DNA of 64,000 nucleotides, from positions 2,515-66,514 of the forward strand of contig JAEXBA010000019.1 in the NCBI GenBank assembly GCA_023457935.1, written 5' to 3'. A program made the translations under genes and the position numbers. The notes under the pieces are model-generated. The model did not search any database. It was given only the letters and a program-made list of their open reading frames with translations, and was not told the DNA's origin. The number at the start of each line of letters is the position of its first letter. The first letter of the stretch is position 1. Below, one piece after another: positions 23,283 to 32,932 of this stretch. The DNA comes from Bacteroidota bacterium. GTDB lineage: Bacteria > Bacteroidota > Bacteroidia > Flavobacteriales > Weeksellaceae.

Positions 23283-24611
23283 ATGAAAATTGTTGTTCTT
23301 GGCGGTGGCGAAAGCGGTTTTGGAGCGGCTTATCTGGCAAAAAAGAAAGGGCTTGAAGTGTTTCTTTCGGATAAAGGTCAGATTAAGCCGGAATACAAGG
23401 CTTTGCTGGAAGAAAACGGAATTGAATATGAGGAAGGAAGTCATGATGAAGGAAGAATTCTTTCTGCAGACTGGATTATAAAGTCGCCCGGAATTCCGAA
23501 AAAGGCAGACATTATCTACAAAATCAATCAGAAAGGCATCCGTTTGTCTTCGGAAATTGAATTTGCAGCTGAATTCACCAATGCGAAAATCGTAGCCATA
23601 ACCGGAAGCAACGGCAAGACCACAACCACTTCGCTGATTTACCATATTCTGAAAAATGACGGTTTCAGTGTTGGATTGGGTGGAAATATCGGAAAAAGCT
23701 TTGCAAAACAGGTAGCCGATGAAGCTTTTGAATATTATGTATTGGAAGTAAGCTCGTTTCAGCTTGATGACATTCAGAACTTCAGGCCGTTCATCTCGCT
23801 TCTGCTGAATTTAAGTCAGGATCATCTTGATCAGTACAACTACAATTATGAAGAATATGCTTTGGCAAAATTCAGGATTGCAGAAAACCAGGAAAACGAT
23901 AATTATTTCATCTACAATAAAGACGATGAAATGAGCATGAACCTGCTTGAAAGACTGGAAATCAAAGCCAAAATGCTTCCGTTTTCACTTCAGTCCAAAG
24001 TAAAGGAAGGCGGTTATGCAGATGAAGACAGGATTTTTGTGAAACTTCAGGAAGAGTTCTCAATGAAGATTGAGGAACTTTCTCTGGTGGGAAACCATAA
24101 CGTTGCGAACTCTCTGGCAGCTTCAATTGCCGGTAAGATACTGAAAATCAGTAACGAAAGTATCCGAAATTCGCTGATGACATTTCAGGCTGTGGAACAC
24201 CGGCTTGAACAGGTTGCAGAAATCAGCGGCGTTAAATACATCAACGACAGTAAAGCAACCAACGTGAATGCCGCATATTATGCGCTGGAAAGTATGAAAA
24301 ACCCAACGGTGTGGATTGTTGGCGGCGTGGACAAAGGCAACGATTATACTGAAATTGAAGACCTTGTAAAAAGAAAAGTGAAAGCTATTGTCTGCATGGG
24401 TGTTGATAATCAGAAGATTATAGATTTCTTCAGGGACAAGAAGGATTTCATCTATGATACCTCCAGCATGGAAGAAGCAGTGAAAATCTGCAAATCCGTT
24501 GCGGAAAAAGGCGATACTGTTCTGCTCTCGCCATGTTGTGCGAGTTTCGATTTATTCAAAAATTATGAAGACCGCGGAACTAAATTTAAAGAAGAAGTTC
24601 TGAAAAACTAA
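23283..24611 (+). CDS. murD: UDP-N-acetylmuramoylalanine--D-glutamate ligase
   Basis: ITGSNGKTTT P-loop. Mur ligase architecture and synteny agree. Confidence 0.93.
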   Translation: MKIVVLGGGESGFGAAYLAKKKGLEVFLSDKGQIKPEYKALLEENGIEYEEGSHDEGRILSADWIIKSPGIPKKADIIYKINQKGIRLSSEIEFAAEFTNAKIVAITGSNGKTTTTSLIYHILKNDGFSVGLGGNIGKSFAKQVADEAFEYYVLEVSSFQLDDIQNFRPFISLLLNLSQDHLDQYNYNYEEYALAKFRIAENQENDNYFIYNKDDEMSMNLLERLEIKAKMLPFSLQSKVKEGGYADEDRIFVKLQEEFSMKIEELSLVGNHNVANSLAASIAGKILKISNESIRNSLMTFQAVEHRLEQVAEISGVKYINDSKATNVNAAYYALESMKNPTVWIVGGVDKGNDYTEIEDLVKRKVKAIVCMGVDNQKIIDFFRDKKDFIYDTSSMEEAVKICKSVAEKGDTVLLSPCCASFDLFKNYEDRGTKFKEEVLKN

Positions 24612-24638
24612 CCGTCAGAACCTGAAACAGAAAAAGAA

Positions 24639-25874
24639 ATGAACGAACAGAATACAGAAAACAGATTTGAATTCCTGAAGGGCGATAAAGTCCTTTGGAT
24701 GGTGATTATCGTGATTTCTGTTTTTTCGATTTTCCCGGTGTATTCCGCGAGTTCCAATCTGGAATATATCGTGAACAACGGTACAACTACCGGCCACGTT
24801 CTGAAACACATGTTTTTTGTGGTTTTGGGACTTGGTATCATGCGTTTGGTAGGAACCGTAAAATACGAACATATCGGAAAGCTGAGCAGTATTCTGCTGG
24901 CTCTGATGGCGGCGCTTCTCGTGGTTACAATGTTTACAGGACAAACCATTGACGGCGCTTCGGCTTCACGCTGGCTGAAAATTCCGGGAACTCCGATTTC
25001 ATTTCAGCCGTCATCGTTTGCTTATCTGATGCTGGTGATTTACCTCTGCAGATATCTTACGAAAAGAATTAAAAGAGAGCGTGTTCCGCTGGAAAACATC
25101 ATCTACATTTTCGGACCAATCCTCGTGATTTTCGGACTTGTAGCCAAAGATAACGGCTCCACAGCTTTAATGATTATGCTGGTTTCCATTGCTATCCTGA
25201 TTGTAGGACAGCTCAACTGGAAATACGTGGCTGGTTTTATGGCAACCGCCGCCGTATTCATCAGTCTGTTTTTATTTGTTGCATTAAAGACAGATTTAAT
25301 CAAGAGCAACCGTGTGCATACCTGGATGAGCCGTATTGAAGTTTTCTTCGATTCAAAAAAAGAAAACCAGATTGAAAGCGAGGCTGATAAGGCTAAAAAT
25401 TATCAGGTAATGCAGGCCAGAGCGGCCATTGTACACGGTGGAATTACCGGAATGGGACCGGGAAAATCTGCGTTGAAACAGATGCTTCCACAGTCGGCAT
25501 CCGATTTTATTTTCGCCATAATTGTTGAGGAATACGGCTTTTTTGGAGCCGCCTTTCTCATCATTATGTATTTAATCATGATATTCAGAATTGTGATGAT
25601 CGCCAGTAAAATGCCCGCATTTTTCGGGTCGTTGCTCGTCCTCGCCATCGGTATTATGATTTTCGTGCAGCTCTCGGTAAACATTGCAGTCGCCGTGAAT
25701 CTGATACCTGTTACCGGACAGCCATTACCGCTGATCAGTTACGGTGGAACGTCAATGCTGGTGACGTATATCCAACTTGGACTGGTACTGAACGTAAGTT
25801 CCAGAATTCAGGTGTTTGATGAAGAAGGAATGGGCAAAAAACAGAATATTGAAGAAATAAACGATATCGCATAA
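24639..25874 (+). CDS. ftsW: SEDS-family peptidoglycan glycosyltransferase FtsW
   Basis: About 10 TM segments, a PLPLISYGGTS motif and the expected dcw position. Confidence 0.9.
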   Translation: MNEQNTENRFEFLKGDKVLWMVIIVISVFSIFPVYSASSNLEYIVNNGTTTGHVLKHMFFVVLGLGIMRLVGTVKYEHIGKLSSILLALMAALLVVTMFTGQTIDGASASRWLKIPGTPISFQPSSFAYLMLVIYLCRYLTKRIKRERVPLENIIYIFGPILVIFGLVAKDNGSTALMIMLVSIAILIVGQLNWKYVAGFMATAAVFISLFLFVALKTDLIKSNRVHTWMSRIEVFFDSKKENQIESEADKAKNYQVMQARAAIVHGGITGMGPGKSALKQMLPQSASDFIFAIIVEEYGFFGAAFLIIMYLIMIFRIVMIASKMPAFFGSLLVLAIGIMIFVQLSVNIAVAVNLIPVTGQPLPLISYGGTSMLVTYIQLGLVLNVSSRIQVFDEEGMGKKQNIEEINDIA

Positions 25875-25877
25875 CAA

Positions 25878-26990
25878 ATGAGCAGAAAACTGAAAGTGTT
25901 AATGAGCGGCGGCGGAACAGGAGGACACATCTTCCCGGCGGTTGCGATTGCGCAGGAAATCCAGAAGCGTTTTCCTGATGCTGAGTTTCTGTTCATCGGT
26001 GCAGAAGGCAAAATGGAAATGGAGAAAGTTCCGCAGGCCGGGTTCAGAATTGAAGGTCTGAACATCGCCGGTTTTGACCGTGGAAATCTCCTGGCCAACG
26101 TCGGACTGCCGTTTAAAATTATTTCAAGTCTGCGCAAAGCAAACAGCATCATCAAAAATTTCAAACCGGATATAGCGATTGGAACCGGCGGTTTTGCAAG
26201 CGGTCCTGCACTGTATATCGCTGAAAGACACAATGTTCCGGTTTTTGTTCAGGAACAGAATTCACTGCCTGGAAAAACCAACATGTTTCTGGCCAAAAAA
26301 GCAAAAGCGGTTTTCACAGCGTATCCGAATATGGAAAGTTTCTTTTCGGGAACAAAAACGGTGTTTCTCGGAAACCCAATCCGCCAGAATATTATTACGG
26401 GTCTAACGGATTCAGCAGCAGCAAAGGAAAAATTAGGACTAGACAAAAATAAACTCACCATTCTGTCAGTTGGCGGATCATTGGGTTCCCGCACACTGAA
26501 TAATGGCTGGAAAGAAAACCTTGACAACATTATAGAAAAAGATTACCAGTTGCTTTGGCAAACCGGAAAAACAGATTTCCAGAGCATCCTGAAAGAAACA
26601 GAAACTAAACAGAGCAGAAACCTGCAGATAGTGGAATTCATTAAAAACATGGAGCTCGCCTATTCCGCAGCGGATGTAATTGTTTCCAGAGCCGGTGCCA
26701 TTGCGATTTCCGAACTGGCAGTAGCAAAAAAACCGGTGCTTCTGGTTCCGTTTCCTTTTGCGGCCGAAGATCATCAGACTAAAAATGCAATGACTTTAGT
26801 TGAGAAAAACGCCGCCAGAATGGTGAAGGATACTGAAATGAAAGAAAAGTTCCTTCCGACACTGATGGAGCTTTGCGAGAATGAAAACCTGCGCTCAGAA
26901 ATGAGCAAAAACCTGGAGTTTTTTGCAAAACCGAAAGCAACAGAAGAAATTGTGGATGAAATAATCAAGACGCTGAACATTCAACCTTAA
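25878..26990 (+). CDS. murG: undecaprenyldiphospho-muramoylpentapeptide beta-N-acetylglucosaminyltransferase
   Basis: GGGTGGHIFPA motif and a C-terminal RAGA..ISEL motif. Confidence 0.93.
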   Translation: MSRKLKVLMSGGGTGGHIFPAVAIAQEIQKRFPDAEFLFIGAEGKMEMEKVPQAGFRIEGLNIAGFDRGNLLANVGLPFKIISSLRKANSIIKNFKPDIAIGTGGFASGPALYIAERHNVPVFVQEQNSLPGKTNMFLAKKAKAVFTAYPNMESFFSGTKTVFLGNPIRQNIITGLTDSAAAKEKLGLDKNKLTILSVGGSLGSRTLNNGWKENLDNIIEKDYQLLWQTGKTDFQSILKETETKQSRNLQIVEFIKNMELAYSAADVIVSRAGAIAISELAVAKKPVLLVPFPFAAEDHQTKNAMTLVEKNAARMVKDTEMKEKFLPTLMELCENENLRSEMSKNLEFFAKPKATEEIVDEIIKTLNIQP

Positions 26991-26998
26991 ATATTGAA

Positions 26999-28360
26999 GT
27001 GGTGAAACCTTTAGAAACATATCAAACCTTTTATTTCGTGGGAATCGGCGGAATCGGCATGAGCAATCTTGCCCGTTATTTCCATGCTTCCGGCAAAAAA
27101 GTTCTGGGTTACGACAAAACCCATACAAAACTGACGGATGCCCTTGAATCTGAAGGAATTGATATCATTTTTGAAGATCAGATTGATGAAAGAATCACCG
27201 GTCTGAACAAGGAAACTACACTTGTAATTTACACTCCGGCCATAAAGGTTTTAGGAATTCTGGATTATTTTAATTCAAACGGATTTGAGGTTCTGAAACG
27301 AGCAAAAGTTCTGGGTTTAATTACCGAAAACACCGAATGTATCGCTGTTGCAGGCACTCACGGAAAAACAACAACCTCAACGTTGGTTGCACATTTATGT
27401 AAAGAAGCAGATTTGCCTTTTTCATGCTTTTTGGGTGGAATTTCAGAGAATTTTAAGTCAAATTTCCTGTATAACGGCAATAAATACTCGGTTTTGGAAG
27501 CCGACGAATACGACAGAAGTTTTCTGAATTTATCTCCGGACTGGGCAATTATTACGTCAAACGATGCTGATCATCTCGACATCTACGGTGATGTGGAAAC
27601 CATAGAAAAAGGATTCAATGAGTTCGCCGATTTAGTTCCTGAAAACGACCAGCTTTTCGTGCGTAAAGGCATTGATATCGGAAGACCAAGCAAAACCTAC
27701 GCGGTAAATGAGGAAGCAGATTATTATTCTGACAACCTGCGGATTGTTGACGGATTCATGAAGTTTGATTTTCATAAAGATGATGAAACTGTTGAATTCT
27801 CATGGGAAATTCCGGGAATTCATAATGTAGAAAATGCAACCGCTGCAATCGCTTTACTGAACAGCGTTGGTGTTGATTTTGAAACGTTGAAAAAAGGAAT
27901 TTCCAGTTTTAAAGGAATAAAAAGAAGATATACGAAACATATTTTCGGAAACGGAAAAATTTATGTGGACGATTATGCGCATCACCCAACAGAACTCAAT
28001 GCAGTAATTGGTTCCATCAGGACTTTTTATCCGGGGAAAAAACTTTTGGTTGCTTTCCAGCCGCATCTCTTCAGCAGAACGAGAGATTTTGCCGACGGAT
28101 TTGCCAACAGTCTGGAAAACAGCGACGAACTGATTCTTCTGGATATTTATCCGGCAAGAGAACTTCAGGAAAACTTTGCTGGGATTACGTCGGAATGGCT
28201 TCTGGAAAAAGTAGATCACGATAAAAAAGAAATTTCCTCACTGGATGAAGCATTTAATAAAATAAAAAATAAGGATTTTGACATTTTACTCACGGTTGGA
28301 GCCGGAAATATCGATACGCTTTACGACCCGATTGTAGAATGGCTGAGTAATAAAAAATAG
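26999..28360 (+). CDS. murC: UDP-N-acetylmuramate--L-alanine ligase
   Basis: FVGIGGIGMS and AGTHGKTTT motifs. The apparent start codon is GTG. Confidence 0.92.
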   Translation: MVKPLETYQTFYFVGIGGIGMSNLARYFHASGKKVLGYDKTHTKLTDALESEGIDIIFEDQIDERITGLNKETTLVIYTPAIKVLGILDYFNSNGFEVLKRAKVLGLITENTECIAVAGTHGKTTTSTLVAHLCKEADLPFSCFLGGISENFKSNFLYNGNKYSVLEADEYDRSFLNLSPDWAIITSNDADHLDIYGDVETIEKGFNEFADLVPENDQLFVRKGIDIGRPSKTYAVNEEADYYSDNLRIVDGFMKFDFHKDDETVEFSWEIPGIHNVENATAAIALLNSVGVDFETLKKGISSFKGIKRRYTKHIFGNGKIYVDDYAHHPTELNAVIGSIRTFYPGKKLLVAFQPHLFSRTRDFADGFANSLENSDELILLDIYPARELQENFAGITSEWLLEKVDHDKKEISSLDEAFNKIKNKDFDILLTVGAGNIDTLYDPIVEWLSNKK

Positions 28361-28371
28361 ATAAAAACTTA

Positions 28372-28420
28372 ATCTGATGTCTCGGGTCTGAAATCTCAAA
28401 TCTGACATCTGCCATCTTAA
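28372..28420 (+). repeat. seven degenerate heptads (R-TCT-NNN) in the murC-ftsQ spacer
   Basis: ATCTGAT GTCTCGG GTCTGAA ATCTCAA ATCTGAC ATCTGCC ATCTTAA read directly. Confidence 0.85.
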
Positions 28421-28426
28421 TAAAGT

Positions 28427-29410
28427 ATGAAAAATAAGTGGAGAATATTGAAGATACTCGTAACAGTAATCATTTTTGGATTTCTGTTGAGTTTCTCTTT
28501 GAAGCGTTTCAACAATGCTTCAATGGAAAAAGTATCCATCAATATGGTGTATCCACAGGGAAAGGAAAAGGTTTATTTTATTGATGAAAAAGATGTAAAA
28601 TCATTCATCAACAAATCAAACCCTACAAAAAGAATCGGCGATATCAACATTCCGCATCTGGAGAAAGAAGTAAACCATTTTCCGTCTGTAGACAGTGCAA
28701 ATGTGTACCTGAACCTCAACGGAAACCTGAATGTGGACATTGTGCAGAAAGTTCCGGCCTTCCGCTTGCTGAAGAACGGTCAGGATTTTTATGTGGACAC
28801 CAAGGGCAACGAGTTTCCTGTTTCCAAGAATTATTCGCATCCGTCGATGCTGGTAATGGGCGATGTAAAACGAGGCGAATATCAGAAACTTGCGGAACTC
28901 GTGGAAAAAATCAATAAGGACGATTTCAGCAGAAAATATTTCATCGGAATTTCAAAAGAGAAAGGAAATTACAACCTGCTGACCAGCGACGGAAACTATA
29001 AAGTGGAAATCGGTGATCTGGATGATATTGATTTCAAGGTAAAAGGATTCAAAGCTTTTGCGGAAAAATTCCTGGTGTATCAGGATCCGCAGAAATACAC
29101 AAAGGTTTCGGTGAAATACGACAATCAGATTGTAACGACACTGAATCCAAATTTTGAAGAAAACGACAGTATTCTGTCAGTAGGTCACAAGGAACTGGCA
29201 AAAGCCCCGGAAACAGCCCGGAAAAAAGCAGCGGCCGAAAAGAAAGTGACGCCTTCCCAAACCGAATCCAAACCTAAGGAAAAACCTAAGGTCACGGCAG
29301 CAGCAAAACCGAAAGCTTCGGAAAAGAAAAAAGCCGAGACCAAACCCAAGGAAACGGTGAAAAAAACAACCGCTGCCGCAAAGCCAAAAGCAAAGGTTGA
29401 GATAGAGTAA
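28427..29410 (+). CDS. ftsQ: cell division protein FtsQ with a Lys/Pro/Ala-rich C-terminal tail
   Basis: N-terminal TM helix and POTRA-like region, in the expected dcw position. The last 75 aa or so are a KPKxK low-complexity tail. Confidence 0.8.
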   Translation: MKNKWRILKILVTVIIFGFLLSFSLKRFNNASMEKVSINMVYPQGKEKVYFIDEKDVKSFINKSNPTKRIGDINIPHLEKEVNHFPSVDSANVYLNLNGNLNVDIVQKVPAFRLLKNGQDFYVDTKGNEFPVSKNYSHPSMLVMGDVKRGEYQKLAELVEKINKDDFSRKYFIGISKEKGNYNLLTSDGNYKVEIGDLDDIDFKVKGFKAFAEKFLVYQDPQKYTKVSVKYDNQIVTTLNPNFEENDSILSVGHKELAKAPETARKKAAAEKKVTPSQTESKPKEKPKVTAAAKPKASEKKKAETKPKETVKKTTAAAKPKAKVEIE

Positions 29411-29452
29411 GGGAAACAAAAATTAGAATAAAAAATCAAATCGAGCATACAA

Positions 29453-30817
29453 ATGGAAAATCAAGAGTATTCAGTAGGACTGGACATTGGGACAACCAAG
29501 ATTGTCGCCATTGTCGGCCGGCGCAACGATCACGGTAAAATTGAAGTGATGGGCGTTGGCAAAGCCAAAAGTCTGGGCGTTCACAAGGGTATTGTGAACA
29601 ATATTTCTCAGACCATTACTTCCATCAAAGCAGCAGTGGAAGAAGCACAGAAAAGCGCAGGTGTACCCATCAGAAATGTAACCGTTGGAATTGCAGGCAA
29701 ACACATCCGTTCGCTGCAGCATTCCGATTATATCATGCGCGAAAATCCGGAGGCGTATATCACAGAAGATGATATCGAAAAACTGAAAGACCAGGTAAAA
29801 AAACTGGTAATGCTTCCGGGCGAAGAAATTATTCACGTTCTTCCGCAGGAATACAAAGTGGATTCCGAAGGGGAAATTCACGAACCGATCGGAATGCACG
29901 GAAAACGTCTTGAAGCCAACTTCCACGTAGTAGTCGGTCAGATGGGCAGCATCCGCAACATCGCAAGATGCGTAAAAGAAGCCGGCCTGGAAATGGAAGC
30001 TTTGACGCTTGAACCATTGGCATCTTCAGAAGCGGTGTTAACTAAAGAAGAAAAAGAAGCCGGAGTCGCGATCATTGATATCGGTGGGGGCACAACGGAT
30101 ATCGCAATTTTCAAGGACAATATTATCCGTCACACCTGCGTAATTCCTTACGGTGGCGGCATCATCACTGAAGATATTAAAGAAGGCTGTTCTATTATTG
30201 AAAAACATGCGGAACAGCTGAAAACAAAATTCGGTTCTGCCCTTCCGGAAATGGAAAAGGAAAGTACTTATGTAACGATTCCGGGACTTCACGGGCGTCC
30301 GGACAAAGAAATTTCGCTGAAAACTTTGGCGCAGATCATCAATGCACGCGTTGAGGAAATTCTGGAAATGGTGAATACCGAACTGAAAGCATACGGCGCT
30401 TACGAACAGAAGAAAAAACTGATTGCAGGAATTGTTCTGACCGGCGGTGGATCCAACCTGAAACACATCCGTCAGCTTGCAAATTTCACAACTGGTTTCG
30501 ACAGCCGTCTTGGTTTCGCGAATGAATATGTAGCCAACGACAAAAACCAGTTTCTGAAAGGCCCTGAATTCGCAACCGGAATCGGACTTTTAATGGAAAG
30601 TTTAAAAATCCGCGACAAGAAATCGGCACCGGTTCAGGAGGAAGAGGTAAAAATTGAAAGCGTTAAAACGGAAACTTTACCGGCAGCCGAAAATGAAGAA
30701 CCTGTTTTCCGCGGCGAAGAACCCGCTGCTCCAGTGAAGCAACCGGCAAGAAACAAGCCGACTTTCGGACAGAATTTATTGGAAAAAGTAAAAAAGTTCT
30801 TTGAAGAAGTAGAATAA
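29453..30817 (+). CDS. ftsA: cell division protein FtsA
   Basis: Actin-like ATPase motifs GLDIGTTKIVA and IDIGGGTTDIA. Confidence 0.95.
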   Translation: MENQEYSVGLDIGTTKIVAIVGRRNDHGKIEVMGVGKAKSLGVHKGIVNNISQTITSIKAAVEEAQKSAGVPIRNVTVGIAGKHIRSLQHSDYIMRENPEAYITEDDIEKLKDQVKKLVMLPGEEIIHVLPQEYKVDSEGEIHEPIGMHGKRLEANFHVVVGQMGSIRNIARCVKEAGLEMEALTLEPLASSEAVLTKEEKEAGVAIIDIGGGTTDIAIFKDNIIRHTCVIPYGGGIITEDIKEGCSIIEKHAEQLKTKFGSALPEMEKESTYVTIPGLHGRPDKEISLKTLAQIINARVEEILEMVNTELKAYGAYEQKKKLIAGIVLTGGGSNLKHIRQLANFTTGFDSRLGFANEYVANDKNQFLKGPEFATGIGLLMESLKIRDKKSAPVQEEEVKIESVKTETLPAAENEEPVFRGEEPAAPVKQPARNKPTFGQNLLEKVKKFFEEVE

Positions 30818-30825
30818 AATATCAA

Positions 30826-30896
30826 TGATGAATGATAAGCGGTAAAGAATATCACGTTTATTTTCATCAGCAATCAAATCAAAATATCATTCATCA
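30826..30896 (+). repeat. 11-bp perfect inverted repeat in the ftsA-ftsZ spacer
   Basis: TGATGAATGAT (30826-30836) and ATCATTCATCA (30886-30896). Confidence 0.8.
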
Positions 30897-30923
30897 ACAA
30901 TCATTAGTAAAAACAATACAGAT

Positions 30924-32843
30924 ATGGAAGGTTTTAGCACACAGGGATTTTCGTTTGATCTGCCAAAGGGAAATTCATCAATCATAAAAGTAATCGGTGT
31001 CGGCGGCGGCGGTAACAATGCCCTGAAACACATGTACGAAAAAGGAATTCACGGCGTGGATTTCGTGGTTTGTAATACCGATGCGCAGACTCTGGACAAC
31101 AATCCCGTTGCCAATAAAGTGCAGTTGGGTGTAACCATTACAGAAGGTTTGGGCGCAGGCGCAGATCCTGAAGTTGGCGAAAAAGCAGCAATCGAAAGCA
31201 TCGAAGACATCAAAGCTGCACTTGGACAGAACACAAAAATGGTGTTCATCACCGCAGGAATGGGCGGTGGAACCGGAACCGGAGCTGCACCTGTTATTGC
31301 AAAAGTGGCAAAAGATCAGGGAATTCTTACGGTCGGAATCGTAACTGTTCCGTTCAGTTTTGAAGGAAAAAGACGTCTGGAACAGGCAGATCTTGGTCTT
31401 GAAAAATTAAGAAACAATGTGGATTCACTTATTGTGATCAACAACGATAAACTGAGACAGCAGTTCGGAAATCTAGGTTTCAAACAGGGTTTCTCGAAAG
31501 CAGATGAAGTGTTGACGAATGCTGCCAAAGGAATGGCAGAAGTTATTACGGGATATTTTGATGTAAACATCGACTTCCGTGATGCAAAATCCGTTCTGGC
31601 AAATTCAGGAACGGCATTAATGTCCACAGGAATGGCGTCAGGCGAAAACAAAGCGGAAGAAGCCGTAAGAAAAGCGCTTGATTCCCCGTTGCTGAACGAC
31701 AACAAAATTACCGGTGCGAAAAACGTACTTCTTTTGATCCGTTCCGGAAACGAGGAAGCAACGATGGACGAAATCGGTTTAATCAACGACCATATTCAGA
31801 GAGAAGCAGGAAACACAGCCGACATTATCTTCGGTGTCGGAACTGATGAGGAACTGGGCGATTCCATCAGCGTACTGGTAATTGCAACAGGTTTTGCAAA
31901 AGAAGACCGCAAACATTCAGGACCAACAGAAAAAGTGAAAATCGCTTTGAACGATTATGATACTCCAAGAGAATCTCCGTTCCGTTCAAAAACCGAAAGA
32001 GAAGAGCCAAAAAATGAGGAAGCAGGAACGAAAAACCTGTTTCGGCTCGACGACGAAATAGAGCCTGAAACGCCGCATTTCCAGGTAAGTTCTGCTGAAA
32101 AAAAAATGACGGTTGAGGAAGAACCCCAGTCACACGTAAAAACAGCGCCAAAAGAAGATATCTTTGAAACTCCGGTTCAGAAATTCGAGAAAACTGAAGA
32201 GAAAATTGAAGAAGAACCTCAGGAAATCGATCTGTTCAGTTATGACGATTTTGCCGATGAAGATCTTGAAACTCAGTCTTTTTCATTTGAAACCGAAACT
32301 AAAAAAGAGGAAACTCCGGAACCTTCAGGATTTTCTGAAGAGAAACCGATTGAGTTCAGCTTCTTCGTAAACGAGCCTGCCGAAAATGAAACTGTTTTTG
32401 AAGTTCAGGAACAGAAAACTGAGGAAATTGCTGAACCGGTTCAGAAAACAGAAGAAAAAGCTGCTCCGGCGTTCTTTACGGAAGAACCGGCAAAAAAGGC
32501 AGAAACTGTTGATGTTTCAACAAAAACCGAAACCGCTGTTGAGGAAACCAAAGAAGAGCTGATCAGCAGTACTTTTGGCGGATTTACATTCTTCAACAAA
32601 ACAACGGAAACCAACGAAGCCAAAGTTCAGGAAAGAAGAAACAAACTGAAGGAATTCAACTCCAGATATCATGTTTCCGACGATCTGAATGATTTCGAAA
32701 ACATTCCTTCTTACAAGAGAAAAAATATTCAGATTGAAGGTCAGAACGCTTCAGAACAGCGCATCAATTCCTTCCTTTCTGAAAACGAAAACGGACAGAT
32801 GCAGGTTCGCGAAAACCGTTTTCTGAATAAAGACGTGGATTAA
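30924..32843 (+). CDS. ftsZ: cell division protein FtsZ (long acidic linker)
   Basis: GVGGGGNNA and GGGTGTGAAPVIA tubulin signatures. A linker of about 270 aa rich in Glu precedes the IPSYKRK C-terminal peptide. Confidence 0.96.
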   Translation: MEGFSTQGFSFDLPKGNSSIIKVIGVGGGGNNALKHMYEKGIHGVDFVVCNTDAQTLDNNPVANKVQLGVTITEGLGAGADPEVGEKAAIESIEDIKAALGQNTKMVFITAGMGGGTGTGAAPVIAKVAKDQGILTVGIVTVPFSFEGKRRLEQADLGLEKLRNNVDSLIVINNDKLRQQFGNLGFKQGFSKADEVLTNAAKGMAEVITGYFDVNIDFRDAKSVLANSGTALMSTGMASGENKAEEAVRKALDSPLLNDNKITGAKNVLLLIRSGNEEATMDEIGLINDHIQREAGNTADIIFGVGTDEELGDSISVLVIATGFAKEDRKHSGPTEKVKIALNDYDTPRESPFRSKTEREEPKNEEAGTKNLFRLDDEIEPETPHFQVSSAEKKMTVEEEPQSHVKTAPKEDIFETPVQKFEKTEEKIEEEPQEIDLFSYDDFADEDLETQSFSFETETKKEETPEPSGFSEEKPIEFSFFVNEPAENETVFEVQEQKTEEIAEPVQKTEEKAAPAFFTEEPAKKAETVDVSTKTETAVEETKEELISSTFGGFTFFNKTTETNEAKVQERRNKLKEFNSRYHVSDDLNDFENIPSYKRKNIQIEGQNASEQRINSFLSENENGQMQVRENRFLNKDVD

Positions 32844-32932
32844 TGTAACAATCTAAAAAAGTAGCAGTGTAACAATGCAATTCCAAGAAAATTGGTAAGC
32901 TGTTACATTGATACATTGGTAAATTATTGATA

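Noticed and set aside
22566-23645. 359-aa ORF antisense to mraY and murD.
   Set aside because: It lies entirely opposite two well-supported conserved genes. Its translation is low-complexity (R/N/F/K-rich) with no recognisable motifs. It is a typical stop-poor antisense frame of genes with biased codon usage.
29177-29448. Two 80-87 aa minus-strand ORFs under the 3' end of ftsQ.
   Set aside because: They are artefacts of the repetitive AAR/CCN low-complexity region encoding the FtsQ Lys/Pro tail. Their translations are F/G/R-rich nonsense.
16731-32843. Absence of murF and ddl from the dcw cluster as an anomaly.
   Set aside because: As far as I recall, Bacteroidetes dcw clusters commonly lack murF and ddl, which lie elsewhere in the genome. 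This is the expected gene order for the phylum.
32862-32910. TGTAACA / TGTTACA inverted repeat with an inner CCAA/TTGG stem after ftsZ, as a possible terminator.
   Set aside because: The stem is short and AT-rich with a large loop and no T run. The evidence is too weak to annotate.
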